A stretch of 64,000 nt of DNA from the human T2T-CHM13v2.0 reference genome, Homo sapiens, in the NCBI RefSeq assembly GCF_009914755.1, contig NC_060938.1. One strand, given 5' to 3'. Position 1 is the stretch's first letter, and each line of letters begins with the position of its first letter. The position numbers and the translations under genes were made by a program. Below, one piece after another: positions 18,900 through 31,937 of the stretch. The notes below the pieces were generated by a model. The model was not told the DNA's origin. It saw nothing but the letters and a program-made list of their open reading frames with translations, and did not search any database.

Positions 18900-19170
18900 A
18901 AACTCCAGTTAAGCAAAACATTATTTACAAATTTTCCTTGACAACCCTTGGGTCCCAAAACCTCCTCCGACTCAAATATGTCATAAAATCTTTTCCCCTC
19001 TATGATCCTACAGCACCTTCTACACTTGACACATTATGTTGCAACCCACTGTTGATTCCACTAGAAAGTAATTCCCTAAAGATAGGGACTATATCATTAT
19101 AATAATAAGCCTTATTCCCACGTAGTCCTGGGCTCAGAGTGGACATTCAGTAATTGTTGTATGAACTGAA
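18900..19170 (+). mobile_element. Probable L2 3' fragment
   Basis: Ends with an L2-like ...GGCTCAGAGTGGACATTCAGTAATTGTTGTATGAACTGAA. Confidence 0.45.
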
Positions 19171-19968
19171 GTCATCTGCCCCATAAATACAAAAGTGAAA
19201 AACCATGTGTTGGCATGAAATATACACACATATTTTTTTCTTCTTAACTAAGATGTCTCAAACAGGAGAATCAAATAAACTATTTGAAGACATTGTGGAT
19301 GAGATTTCGTGTAGAATTTCCAAGATGTGCTATTGTAATTCAGATAAATATTTTCTTTGTGAGAACTGCTAGTCTTCAGATTCTGTTTGCACCAAGACAT
19401 TCCATAGTGGATCTAATCTGTCACATAGTTATTAGTAGGAGAGAATATAAATTGTAGTTTCAAAGATACTGAAAATGAAATGCCGAGAAATACTAGTTAT
19501 TATTTGGTGGATCATCTTTGTTAACATTTTCCTGCTGGGTTTGCAACACTCTGTTTGTCCCTTAGTCCCAGGATACCAATATAGAGTGTAGGGTTGGTTA
19601 TAGCCAGGTTTTCAAGAACCACATTCTCCCTTGTATGGCTGCTATCTATTCCTTAAGCTGGAAGTGTAACATGCATACATGTCGCAATGGCAAATTTTTA
19701 CCCAAGTTTCTGTTTGATTTGCATTCTGGACTACACTCCTGTCAGCTGCTGTTCACTGTTGCAAGAAGAATTTTATCAGAGCTGTTTACTGTTAGAGCAC
19801 CTTGCATTGGGACTCTTATTTTTTATAGAGAGCAGGAAACACTGTAGAGCATTCGTAGGTTATATTAAACTTAGGCTAATGGTTTTTAAGGCTAAATGTT
19901 AACAATTCCTCACATCTGTGCAAGAGCATATGTTCAAAGTCTCTTTCACCTACTTCAGAAGCATATGA

Positions 19969-20725
<757 letters not shown>

Positions 20726-21491
20726 CTTGGAGATACCCAGAACTTTCTCTCTGAAGTTTAACACTTACATGACTCTTCTACCAATCTTACATAAAGCTTG
20801 CATACACTGACTAGACTTTTTCCTACACTTTGAAACATGAGTGTAGAATTTATGGCATACCCCTAAAATATCTTTAAAAACTTTATAATATGAATTATAA
20901 TGTATAACAGGCAGAGTATATTTTAGGTGATGTTCGTATTTTCTGTTTTCCTTACAATGAAGGCTATTAATAACTATGCAACAAAACAACATATACTTCT
21001 ATATTTTAATAGTTTAAGAATATTTGCCAAAATTAGGATAAATTTATACATTAAATTATTTGCAGATCATTTTGAGCCCTGTCATCTGTAGCTATTATCA
21101 GATAGAGAACCACATTTCTAAAAGTAGTATTAGAAAAATTTCATACCTTTGTAAGTGCAAGCAAAAACCTAAATTTGTATTGATATTGTTTTGATTGAAG
21201 TACAGGTAAAGTTGATTATTTTTTAATAGAAAAATTAGACAAACCTAAGATGTTACAATGGAAAAATCTTCAATAAAGAGAACATAATCTCCATGTGACA
21301 GATTTTTATTATGCTATTTATTCTCATATTATATGAAGACACACCACACAAGTAAAAATTAACCTCTGCAATTAATGTGTGATATTAGTGGTTCAGTATC
21401 AGAACAATCATTCTTTTAACATTTTTAAACATTAAAATGCCAATTAATATAAATTGATAATATGCTTTATGAATAAAAGAATTTATTTCTC

Positions 21492-21782
21492 AACCAGGCA
21501 CGATGGCTCACCTGTAATCCCAGCACTTTGGTAGGCTGATGCAGATAGATCACTTGAGGCCAGAAGTTCAAGGTCATCCTGAACAACATAGCAAGACTCT
21601 GTCTCTAAAAAACATTTTTTTTTTTAAATAGCTGGGCATGGTAGCTTACACCTGAACTCTCAGATATGTGTAAGGGTGAAGTGGGAGGATCCCTTGAGCA
21701 TGGGAGATGGAGGCTGCAGTGAGCTGTGATTGCATTACTGCACTCCAACCTAGGTGACAGAAAGAGGCCGTTTCTCAAAAAT
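21492..21782 (+). mobile_element. AluJ
   Basis: Heavily diverged dimer with the J-type GGAGGATCCCTTGAG...GGAGGCTGCAGTGAGCTGTGATTG. Confidence 0.9.
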
Positions 21783-21856
21783 ATTTTTAAGGTGTTTTTC
21801 TTATTATTTTCTAGTGGTTATCTACTAAGTGATTATTATGAGACTGTTTTCATGTA

Positions 21857-22180
21857 CAGTCAGCCCTTTGTCTGTGGGTTTCCCATCCATGGATTCAACC
21901 AACTGTGGATCAAAAATATTTGGGAAAACATATTGTGTCTATACTGAATATGTACAAACTTTTTCCTGTCATTATTCCCTGAACAATGTAACAGGTATTT
22001 GCATAACATTTATATTGTATTACATATTATAATCTAATGATAAATTAAAGCATGTGAAGGATGTGTGTAGATTATATGAAAAAACTAGATCATTTTATAT
22101 CAGGAACTTGAGCATCCACAGATTTTTGTATCCACAGGAGATTCTGGGACCTAACCTCCATGGATACCAAGGGAGTAGTA
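21857..22180 (-). mobile_element. MER2 (Tigger-derived non-autonomous DNA transposon)
   Basis: TA|CAGTCAGCCCT...CATCCATGGATTCAACCAAC...ACTTGAGCATCCACAGATTTTTGTATCC...GGATACCAAGGGA; TA flanks. Confidence 0.85.
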
Positions 22181-22690
22181 TACTAAGAATTTCATGTGAA
22201 AAGATCATTATCCATCTGCCACTGTTGAAAGAATATCATCCCCACTGAGGTTTAAATATCAAATGAGGATCGATCTTTGTGTGTAGCTCTAAAATGCTTT
22301 GGTTTTACCAACTGTACACATAGCCTTAGATTATCTTGAGTGGAGATTACGGCAAGTAGATGTTTTTGTTGCTTTACAATGTCCACTGAAGGCAGCCAAA
22401 TTCACATGAGCTTTGAGGTAACATACAATCATACACATACATGCACATGCAAACAGAAGCATGTATGCTGCTATACACATATAGACATGAATACACTTAT
22501 ACGCACTTATACATCCGCATAATTTACAGGCACAAATACACACTTAAATTTATTTTCTTACTCCACTAGTTGCAAAGATCTTAGGTCGATTTCAGAGAAC
22601 TAGAGTCATAGGTATCCATGTATAGCTAAACAAACAAAAAAAAATACATATTTCTGAGAGAAACAGGTAGGAGGGAAAATTTAGGGTTGT

Positions 22691-23174
22691 TGTATTAGGG
22701 TTCTCTAGAGGGAGAGAAATAATTATATTTCATATATATTTATATATTATATATGTATTTTACATATATTTTATATATATAATACATATATGTATATAAA
22801 GTATTAACTCACATGATCACAAGATCCCACAATAGGCCGTCTGCAGGCTGAGGAGCAAGGCAAGCCAGTCCAGGTTCCAAAACTGAAGAACTGGGAGTCC
22901 AATGTTTGAGGGCAGGAAGTATCCAGCATGGGAGAAAGCTGTAGGCTGGGAGGCTAGGCCAGTCTCTCTTTTCACATTTTTCTACTTGTTTTTTATTCTA
23001 GCCATGCTGTCAGCTGATTAGATTATGCTCACCCCGATTAAGGGTGGGTCTGCATTTCTCAGCGCACTCACTCAAATGTAAACCTCCTTTGGCAACACCC
23101 TCACAGACACACCCAGCATCAATAAGTTATATCCTCTAATCCAATCAAGTTGACACTCAGTATTAAGTATCTCA
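22691..23174 (-). repeat. HERV-L 3' LTR (MLT2A1/MLT2A2)
   Basis: TGTATTAGGGTTCTCTAGAG...(TA)n...CAAGTTGACACTCAGTATTAA; homologous to 28798-29267. Confidence 0.93.
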
Positions 23175-23522
23175 AACCCACCCCTTGTCAACTTGAACCC
23201 ACACACGTCTCCTGAGATCATGCATAATCTTCAGGTAAAGACAATCATAAGGTCATAATTACACCTAACATAATACAGCTATCCTTACAACCAGAAATGC
23301 ACCAATCCCCAACCCAAATACTATTACATAAAGTTAACAATACTTAAATGCTGATGTGAAGTCAATAAATCTTATGTCACATGATAAAGGAGAAAGAAAA
23401 TAAAATGAACATATTTTCTTGGAGTGAGTGCATACATGCACAAACATGTTTTTAACAAAAGAAGGTGGAAATACTCATTACAATCCTCGTTTCTGTAGCT
23501 GATCATGTGGTCATAGCTGGTA

Positions 23523-24062
23523 TTAATGACTACCTTCTTTTACTACCCATTCTGTATTCCCTTTGCCTTTAGCAAGCAACTCAGCAGGTCGTGGTTTTTT
23601 TCCTGGTGGAGTGACCCAAACCTTCATTCCTGAAAGGTCTGGGTCATTTGTAGTCCTGCCTGGATTGGGCAGTTGTAATTTCCCTTTGACCTTAATCACT
23701 GGGCATGGTAATACTAAGAGACACCCTAATGGATCTCCTGTATTCCATGCATACTCTTCCTTACCTCTGCTGTGGAGTAGTAGACTGATTTCATCTTGAT
23801 AATATAGGTCAGTCACCCCAGCAAACACTGTAACTCCCTTCTTAGCCTGTTGACTTAAAGGTAGGAGGAGCCCAAAGTGTCCAAGTGACAATCTTAACTT
23901 CCAGTTTAATGAAATTGTTGTTGTGTCTCCTGGTGGCAGCATTCCTCCCTCTGGAACTAAGACCTCTAAGCGATCGGAACATAATGTCGCAGGAACAGGA
24001 AGCAAAAATTTTGTTAGTGGATCACTATGGGTGATGGTGAGTGGTGCCACTTCCACCTCCAC
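23523..24062 (-). pseudogene. HERV-L dUTPase-like region downstream of integrase
   Basis: 179-aa ORF with LPPGDTTTISLNWKLRL..HFGLLLPLS..KKGVTVFAGVTDLYYQDEI, i.e. degenerate dUTPase motifs 1-3. Confidence 0.85.
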
Positions 24063-26900
24063 CCCTTAATTGCTGGACCTATGAATGCTGGCTATGGGAG
24101 AAACAGTACCATATATTTGGACACAGATTCAGAGTATACACGGCCTTCTGGAGAATTTTGCCCCAGCCCTACAAAGAATGTCACCTAGTTGGTATTGTAA
24201 TTGTGACTTCAAAAGGCCATTCCACCATTCTATCAATTCAGCTGCTTCAGGATGATGGAGAACATGGTAAGAACAGTAAATTCCATGAGCATGAGACTAC
24301 TGCTGCACTGCTTTAGCTGTAAAGTGAGTGCCTTAGTCAGATGCAATGCTATGTGTAATATCACGATGGTGGATTAAGCCATCCGTGAGTCCACAGATGG
24401 TAGTCTTGGCAGAAGCCTTGCGTGTAAGATAGGCAAGCAAATAGGCAGAGTAAGTGTCTATTCTAGTGAGAACAAACCTCTGCCCTTTCCATGATGGAAG
24501 AGGTCCAATATAATCAACCTGCCACCGGGTAGCTGGCTGATCACCCCAAGGAATGGTGCCATATGGAGAGCTCAGTGTTGCTCTCAGCTGCCAGCAAATT
24601 GGGCAATCAGCAGAGGTCGTAGTCAGGTCACCCTTGGTGAGTGAAAGTCCATGTTGCTGAAACCATGTGTAACCTCCATCCCTGCCACTACAGCCACTTT
24701 GTTCATGGGCCCATTGGGTGATGACAGGGGTGGCTGGGGAAAGATTCTGAGTGGTGTCCACAGAATGGGTCATCCTATCCACTTGACTATTAAAATCCTT
24801 CTCTACTGAGGTCACCCTTTGGTGAACACTTACATGGGATACAAATGTCTTCACAGTTTTTGACCACTCAGAGAGACCCATCAATATACCTACCTCTTCC
24901 CCAAGTTTCTTTGTTACCAATTTTCCAATCATGTTTCTTTCAAATTCCTGACCATCCAGCCAAACCATTGGCTACAGCCCATGAATCAGTATATAATCGC
25001 ACGTTTGGCCATTTCTTCCTCCATGCAAAGTGCACAACCAGGTGCACTGCTAGAAGTTATGCCCACTGGGAAGATTTCCATTCACCACTGTCCTTCAGGG
25101 ATGTCTTTGAAAGGGGCTGTAGTGCTACAGCTGTCCACTTTCAAGTGGTGCCTGTATATTGTGCAGAACCATTTGTGAACCAGGCCTTAGTCTTGTCTTC
25201 CTCTGTCATCTGATTATAGGGAACTCCCCATAAGGCCATCAGTGCAGTCTCGGGGAGAGAAAGTACGGTGGCACAGGAGTGGAGACCATGAGCATTTGAG
25301 CCACTTCCTCATGTAACTTACTTGTGCCTTTAGGACCTGCTCAAGCCCAGTCACATATATACCACTTCCATTTGATGATGGAATGCTGCTGTGCATGGCC
25401 CACTTTATGGCTAGATGGGTCAGAAAGCACCAGCTCATGATAAGCAGTTCAGGTCACATAGTGACTTGATGATCCATACTCAAATATTCAGTTTCCACCA
25501 AAGCCCAGTAACAGGCCAAGAGCTGTCTCTCAAAGGGAGAAAAGCTATCTGCAGAAGGTGACAGGACCTTGTTCCAAAATCTTAGAGGCCTCCTCTGTGA
25601 TTCACCTATGGGGGCCTGCTAAAGACTCCAAACAGCATCCCTATCTGCCACTGACACCTCAAGCACCATTGGATCTGCTGGGTCTTATGGCCCAAGTGGC
25701 AGAGCAGCTTGCATAGCAGCCTGTACCTCCTGCAGAGCCTTCTCCGGTTATGGACCCCACTCAAAACTGGCAGCCTTTTGTGTCACTCAATAAATAGGCT
25801 GGAGAAACACACCCAAGTGAGGAATGTGTTGCCTACAAAATCCAAATAGGCCCACTAGACATTGTGCTTCTTTCTTGGTTGTAGGAGGAGCCAAATGCAA
25901 CAACTTACCCTTAAACCTTAGGAGGAATATCTCAAAAGGCCCCACACCACTGGACGCCTAGAAATTTTACTGAGGTAGAGGGTCCCTGAATTTTAGTCAA
26001 ATTTATTTCCCATCATCCAGCATGCAAATGTTTCACCAATAAGTCCAGTGTGTTTGCTACTTCTTGCTCACTGGATCCAGTCAGCCTGATGTCATCAATG
26101 TAATGGACCAGTGTGATATCTTGCAGAAGTGAAGAGTGATCCAGGTCTCTCTGAATAAGATTATGACACAAAGCCGGAGAGTTGTCCCCTGAGGTAGGAC
26201 AGTGAAAGTATATTACTGGCCTTGCCAGTTGAAGGCAAATTGCTTCTGGTGGGCCTTATGGACAGGAATGGAGAAAAAGGCATTTGCCAAGTCATTGACT
26301 GCATACCAGGTACCAGGAGATGTGTTAATTTGCTCAAGCAATGAAACCATATCTGGTGTAGCGGCTGCAGTTGGAATCACCACTTGGTTAAGCTTATGAT
26401 AATCCACAGTCACTCTCCAAGATCCATCTGTCTTCTGCACAGGCCAAATGGGAGAGTTGGATGGGGATGCAGTGGGAATCATCACCCCTGCATCTTTCAA
26501 GTCCTTGATGGTGGCGCTAATCTCTGCAATCCCACAAGGGATGTTATATTGTTTTTTGATTTACTATTCTTCTAGGTAGAGGCAGCTCTAATGGCTTCCA
26601 TTTGGCCTTTCCCACCATAATAGTCCTCACCCTACCAGTCAGGGAGCTAATGTGAGGGTTCTGCCAAGTGCTAAGTATGTCTATGCCAATTATGCATTCT
26701 GGAGCTGGGGAAATGACCACAGGATGAGTCTGGGGACCCACTGGACCCACTGTAAATCAGACATAAGCTAAAACTCCTTTAATTACTATACCTCCATAAG
26801 CCCCTACTTTAACTAGGGGACCAAAATGATGTTTTGGGTCCCTTGGAATCAACATAGGCTCAAATCCAATGTCCAGTAGTCCCTGACATGTCTGATTATT
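24063..26900 (-). pseudogene. HERV-L pro-pol (protease, RT, RNase H, integrase), with multiple stops and frameshifts
   Basis: Protease LLDIG (DTG decayed) at ~26865-26880. [31 protein letters not shown] and HYIDD. Integrase CPIC, WQVDYIGPLP and IASD*. Confidence 0.92.
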
Positions 26901-26939
26901 TCCCTGTCCCCAATCACAGTTATTCTGGTAAAAGGCTGG

Positions 26940-28740
26940 AGGTCTTTTTGGGGAGTGATGGGAGAAAGATTCACTGCATAAATTGTCAGTAATGTAGGTG
27001 GGTCCTTTCTCAAGCGGACCTGGGATCCCTTTTGTTCAAGGGGTTCTGGGTCTGTAAACTGGCTCAGTTCTGGAAATTTACTAAGGGGCCATGATTCTCC
27101 ATTTTTATAATTCAGATTAGCCTTTTGTCCATTTGACCTGGAAGTTTTCTGTTTATATAAATTAAGTAGGAATGCAATAGGCTTCCTATCAATATCAATT
27201 CTAAGAACACCATGATTAATTAGCCAACGCCAGATCTCTACACAAGTCAGACTATTCTAATTGCTGCTTTGTCTCTGCTGTCCATTACAGTCACTAAACC
27301 CACCTTGTCTTTGACAGCTGAATGCCGTCACTTGGCCTCTACCACCTAGGGACCCAATTATTCCCATTATATTTAAATTTTATAGTTGAGTGACTGCAGT
27401 TCCCACTGTTAGATCTGACATAGAGAGAAGAGCAATTACAGAGCTCTTCAAAGATTCGGGTGCTGCCCTCACAAATCTATTTTGCAAAGCATTGTTCAAG
27501 GGCATATCTTCTGGACCCTCCCAGATGGGATGAGTAGGTCGAAAGTGACTAATCCACTCTATCATCCCAATATCCCTAAGCCTTTGGATTCCTTCCTCTA
27601 CATTAAACCAAGGGAGATCAGGAATTTCCAGCTTGCTCACAGTGGGCCATCTTTTAATCCACATTTCAGCTAACCAAGGAAATAAACTATTGGAACCTTT
27701 TTTAACTCCCCAAGCAATATTAAATGCAGAGTCCCTACTTACTGGGCCCAAACCAATAAATTCAGGCTGATCCAACTCTATGTTCCTTCCATCCTTATCC
27801 CACACCCTTCATATCCATTCCCATGCCTGTTCTCCAGATTTCTATTGATATAAATTAGAAAACTTGAGCAGTTTTTTCTTAGTGTAGTGCACCTCCTTAT
27901 GGGTCAGACTCTCAATCTCACCTCTAGGGGCCTACTGGGACTTTAGTTATAGGTCTAGAAGCAAACAGGAGAATTGGGGGTGGCTCCTGAGGAGAATCAA
28001 CATTATCTTGCCTGGTAACTGCCTCAGGGGAGGCCATCACTGTTGTCTCAGGTAGCACAGGGTTTATCTCCTCAGACAAAGCTGGAAAGACTGATGGCAG
28101 CATGGGTCAGGGAGGGGATGTCGCCACTACTGGGGATGGGGAAGCTGTTTCTTCTGACAGAAAATGATCATCAGAGTTTACAAACTCAGTGAACTCAGCT
28201 TCATAAGGGTCCTCCCACACATTCCCATTCCAAGTTGCAGGGTCCCATTCTTTTCCAATCAATGCCCTCACTTTAACAGTAGACACCTGGCGAGGCTGTG
28301 CTTGCACCTTTCATTGCAGGTCAGCCACTCTCATGATAAGAGCTTGTGTGTCTTTTTCCAAATTTTCAGCTCTTTCTCTATAGGAGATAAGACTCTCACT
28401 CAGGGCAATCTCAGCAGATTTGAGGCTCAGTATCTGTTGTTGAAACCGGGAGATAGAATCCCCAAGTTCATCATTTTCTTTCATCACTTTGTCTATTGAA
28501 CTTAGGAGCAACCAACCAGCTTTATTACATTCCTTGGTTCTCCACATATGGTCAAAGGTATCATGTGTAGAGTGACTAAACTCCTTGCCTCTCACAAGCA
28601 ATGAATCAGGAGTGTCAAATGCCTTTATTTTGCATAACTCTCTAAATAGTTCATGCCAAGGACTATCAGTGTTCCCCATATTATTAGAAGTAGAATCCTT
28701 AGCATTTTTGGGTCTATTCATATTAAGCAGCCAAACCAAC
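26940..28740 (-). pseudogene. HERV-L gag, fragmented
   Basis: ORF pieces 28311-28802, 28107-28307 (VKVRALIGKEWDPATWNG) and 27380-27805 (WIKRWPTVSKLEIPDLPW) are typical of ERVL gag. Confidence 0.9.
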
Positions 28741-28774
28741 AAAGGAACTCCATCCTTAATATTATGTTCCTCTA

Positions 28775-28792
28775 GAACCACTCCTGTTACCA
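28775..28792 (-). other. Primer-binding site, tRNA-Leu type
   Basis: Minus strand reads TGGTAACAGGAGTGGTTC a few bases inside the 5' LTR boundary (HERV-L consensus TGGTACCAGGAGTGG). Confidence 0.8.
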
Positions 28793-28797
28793 CAATC

Positions 28798-29267
28798 TGC
28801 ATTAGTCAGGGTTCTCTAGAGGCACAAATCTAATGGAATATACATATATGTGTGTGTATACACACACACACACATATAAGGGGAGTTTAGTAAGTAATGA
28901 CTCGCACAATCAAAAGGTCCCACGATAGGCCATCTGCAGGCTGAGGAGAAAGGAGAGCCAGTCCGAGTTCCAAACTGAAGAATTTGGAGTCTGATGTTTG
29001 AGGACAGGTAGCATTCAGCATGGGAGAAAAATGTAGGCTGGGAGGCTAGGCCAGTCTCTCTTTTCAGATTTTTCTGCCTACTTTTTATTCTAGCCATGCT
29101 GGCAGCTGATTAGATTGTGCTCACCCAGATTAAGGGTGGGTAGGCATTTCCCAGACCACTCACTTAAATGTTAATCTCTTTTTGGCAACAACCTCACAGA
29201 CACACCCAGGGTCAATACTCTGTATCCTTCAATCCAATCAAGTTGACACTCAGTATTAACCATCATA
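28798..29267 (-). repeat. HERV-L 5' LTR (MLT2A1/MLT2A2)
   Basis: TGCATTAGTCAGGGTTCTCTAGAGG...CAAGTTGACACTCAGTATTAACCATCATA. Confidence 0.93.
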
Positions 29268-31499
29268 ATAGTTTTACTTGGAGGTCTAGATTTTAAATAA
29301 AAAGTGTTTCATAATTTTAATTATTTGTAATAGACTGATACATTGCTCATATTCATGTTGATCTTCATTATGTTTGTGACACATACCATAAAGGTAAAAA
29401 GAAGTTATTGCAAATTTCTTTCATAAGTTTATGGGAATATTATTGATAATATTACCTAGTTATATTGCTTCATATCCTTCATAGGTTATTGAACAAAGTT
29501 CTGAAATAAATAGTTACTAAACAAAGACTGGCCCTTTTGGCTCTCATTCTGTATTTGTTGCTATGACAGAAGGTTTCTGAGTTAGTTTGGGTAATTTTAG
29601 ACAGCATATTTCATTTTCCCTTAGTCCATCTGCACATTTCATTTAACTTAGAGATTTGTTCATCAAATATTAAAAAATAAAACAATTCTGATTAATATCT
29701 GTTGCACACCCAAAAGGAATTTGAATCAGCCAACCAATACCCAATTTGCCTATCTCTACCTTTGAGTAAGACTCCTGCATCTCATCTCCCTATTCAGCCT
29801 CCATATCAGACAGAGGGTTTTAGAATTCAAGGGATGCCCCACAGACTTTCTCCTGTTTCTAGAACACCCCATTCCTCTTCATCCAGCTTCTCTCATAGAA
29901 ATATCCTACGAATAGCCCAAGGGACCAGGACAAAGAAAGAAATGATAAGAATTTTTTATATACTTCTCCTATCAAGGGCATCAAAAGTAATCCCATTGTG
30001 CCTTATGTAACCATAAACCCCCTCTGAACACTAGCAATCTAAACCACGAAGATATTCACTGTTTATTCAAAAAGAACATTTAAATAATTGAATTGTACTA
30101 AGTGAGTTTTTCAACATTAAAACTTATTGTATTTTTAATCCCCTGTATTAGTTCCATAGGAAGAATAGATAAAATATAAACAAATAAAATAAATTTTTCT
30201 TTGAATAAATAAGTGAAGAGTTTCTACCTTTGGTAAGTCCTCCAACAAGACAAATGAGAACTTGGCACAAAAGATTAGCTATGCTTGTAGTAAATGTTAA
30301 TAGCATTAATCTATAAGGAGCTATTGTAAATTACCCTTAACAAAGAAGGCATATAGGCAATTAAAAGATTGAATAAGAGTTGATGATGAATATATATGAA
30401 GATATCCTCTCTCTGTTGGCAAAGGAAATATACAGTAAGATGAAATGTTTATTTTCACCTATCTTATTTTCAGAGATTTAAAAACTAAAAATATCCTGTG
30501 CTGGAACAAAAAAGGTAGACAAGTGATATTTTTAATATCCTCCTTCTTCATAAGTTCATATTTTTAAGCAAATAAGTTTGTCTAATACTGGGAATTTTTG
30601 TATTAATTTCTTATATAGCATTTTTAAAACATTTTTACTTCTGGAGATAGAGGCATATCCCTTTTACATACACAATAGTATTTATGTGGGTCATCTTTCA
30701 TTAATATTTGATGAATCTCAGAAGAATTTAGAGAATTTAGTCTTTTTTTTAGTCTTTCAGATTCATTGGTATTTTATTTCCTTTTTCTCTCTATTTAAAA
30801 ACTTTTGTTATTAAAACTTTACTAATTTCTGCTTCTCTCTTTGTTTTTTATTGAAGAAAATGTATGATTTTCTTCTGGCACAATTTTTCATATGTGTATT
30901 TTGCTAATTGCTTTCTATTGGTATGATTCCTATTCCTGCTGATTGCATAACTATTAGTATGATTTAACATGTTTTTCTATATCCTATATTTCTTGTAAAT
31001 TGGTAATTAAATATAAAGTCTTGTCCAGATTTAGGTTCTGTTTTTTTTTTTTTTTCTCTTGGCACTTCTATTTGCACAAGATGGGCACTTCTATTTGCAG
31101 ACCCATAATGTCAGATCATTTATCTATTTTCATGTTATTAACATCAATTAATAATATGGTGCAGATACATTAAAAGATTAGGTGTTTCAAAATGGCAATA
31201 TTCTAGTTCTGCTACTTCTTCTTTATTTATGTGCTAGATTACTTTCATGAAAGAATTTTTTTTATGAACTAGTTTTTTAATCTTAGTTACCACAGATTGT
31301 GTATAAAAGGCAGTAATATGCTTGTTTTAGACTTATTAATTTTTCCCACTAGTTTCAAAATCCTATAAAGTTTCCCTGGAATCTGCCAAAATATTTTTCC
31401 TCCCTTTCACTTTTTATTCTTTTGCAGTGTCATTATTAAATCATGGATTCAAACTTTTTATGCATTTCAATCATTTAGTTATATGTATATGGATGCATG

Positions 31500-31560
31500 T
31501 GCAACAGCCACAGAAAAAAATACCTAGGAATACATTTTACGAAGGAGGTGAAAGATCTCT
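31500..31560 (+). mobile_element. Short L1 ORF2 fragment
   Basis: AAAATACCTAGGAATACATTTTACGAAGGAGGTGAAAGATCTCT, homologous to 7705-7745 of the L1 in this same window. Confidence 0.75.
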
Positions 31561-31680
31561 TTATTAGTCTGTTCTCACACTGCTAATAAAGACATATCTG
31601 AGACTGGGTAATTTATAAAGGAAAGAGATTTAATTGACTCACAGTTCAGTGTGGCTGAGGAGGCCTCAGGAAACTTACAA
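31561..31680 (-). mobile_element. MST/THE1 MaLR LTR fragment (3' end only)
   Basis: TATTAGTCTGTTCTCACACTGCTAATAAAGACATA..GAGACTGGGTAATTTATAAAGGAAAGAG..GAGGCCTCAGGAAACTTACAA. Confidence 0.88.
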
Positions 31681-31685
31681 ACATA

Positions 31686-31937
31686 TTTGAGAGAGTCTTG
31701 CTCTGCCTTCCAGGCTAGAGTGCAGTGGCACGATCTCGGCTCATTGCAACCCCTGCTTCTGGGTTCAAGTGATTCTCCTGCCTCAGCCTCTGGAGTTGCT
31801 GAGAATACAGGTGCTCGCCACCATGCCCGGCTAATTTGTGTATTTTTAGTAGAGATGAGGTTTCACCATGTAAATGATCCACCTGCCTTGGCCTCCCAAA
31901 GTAGTGGGATTACAGGCTTGAACCATCACATCTGGCC
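31686..31937 (-). mobile_element. AluS, tailless, with a ~30 bp internal deletion
   Basis: Alu dimer in which TTTCACCATGT joins directly to AAATGATCCACCTGCC; only TTT remains where the tail is expected. Confidence 0.9.

Larger units (their letters stand above)
22691..29267 (-). mobile_element. Full-length HERV-L provirus (ERVL) with two MLT2A LTRs
   Basis: Two homologous ~480 bp LTRs, a tRNA-Leu-type PBS, gag, pro, RT (YIDD at 26091-26102), RNase H, integrase, dUTPase, a PPT at ~23175-23190 and no env. Confidence 0.96.
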
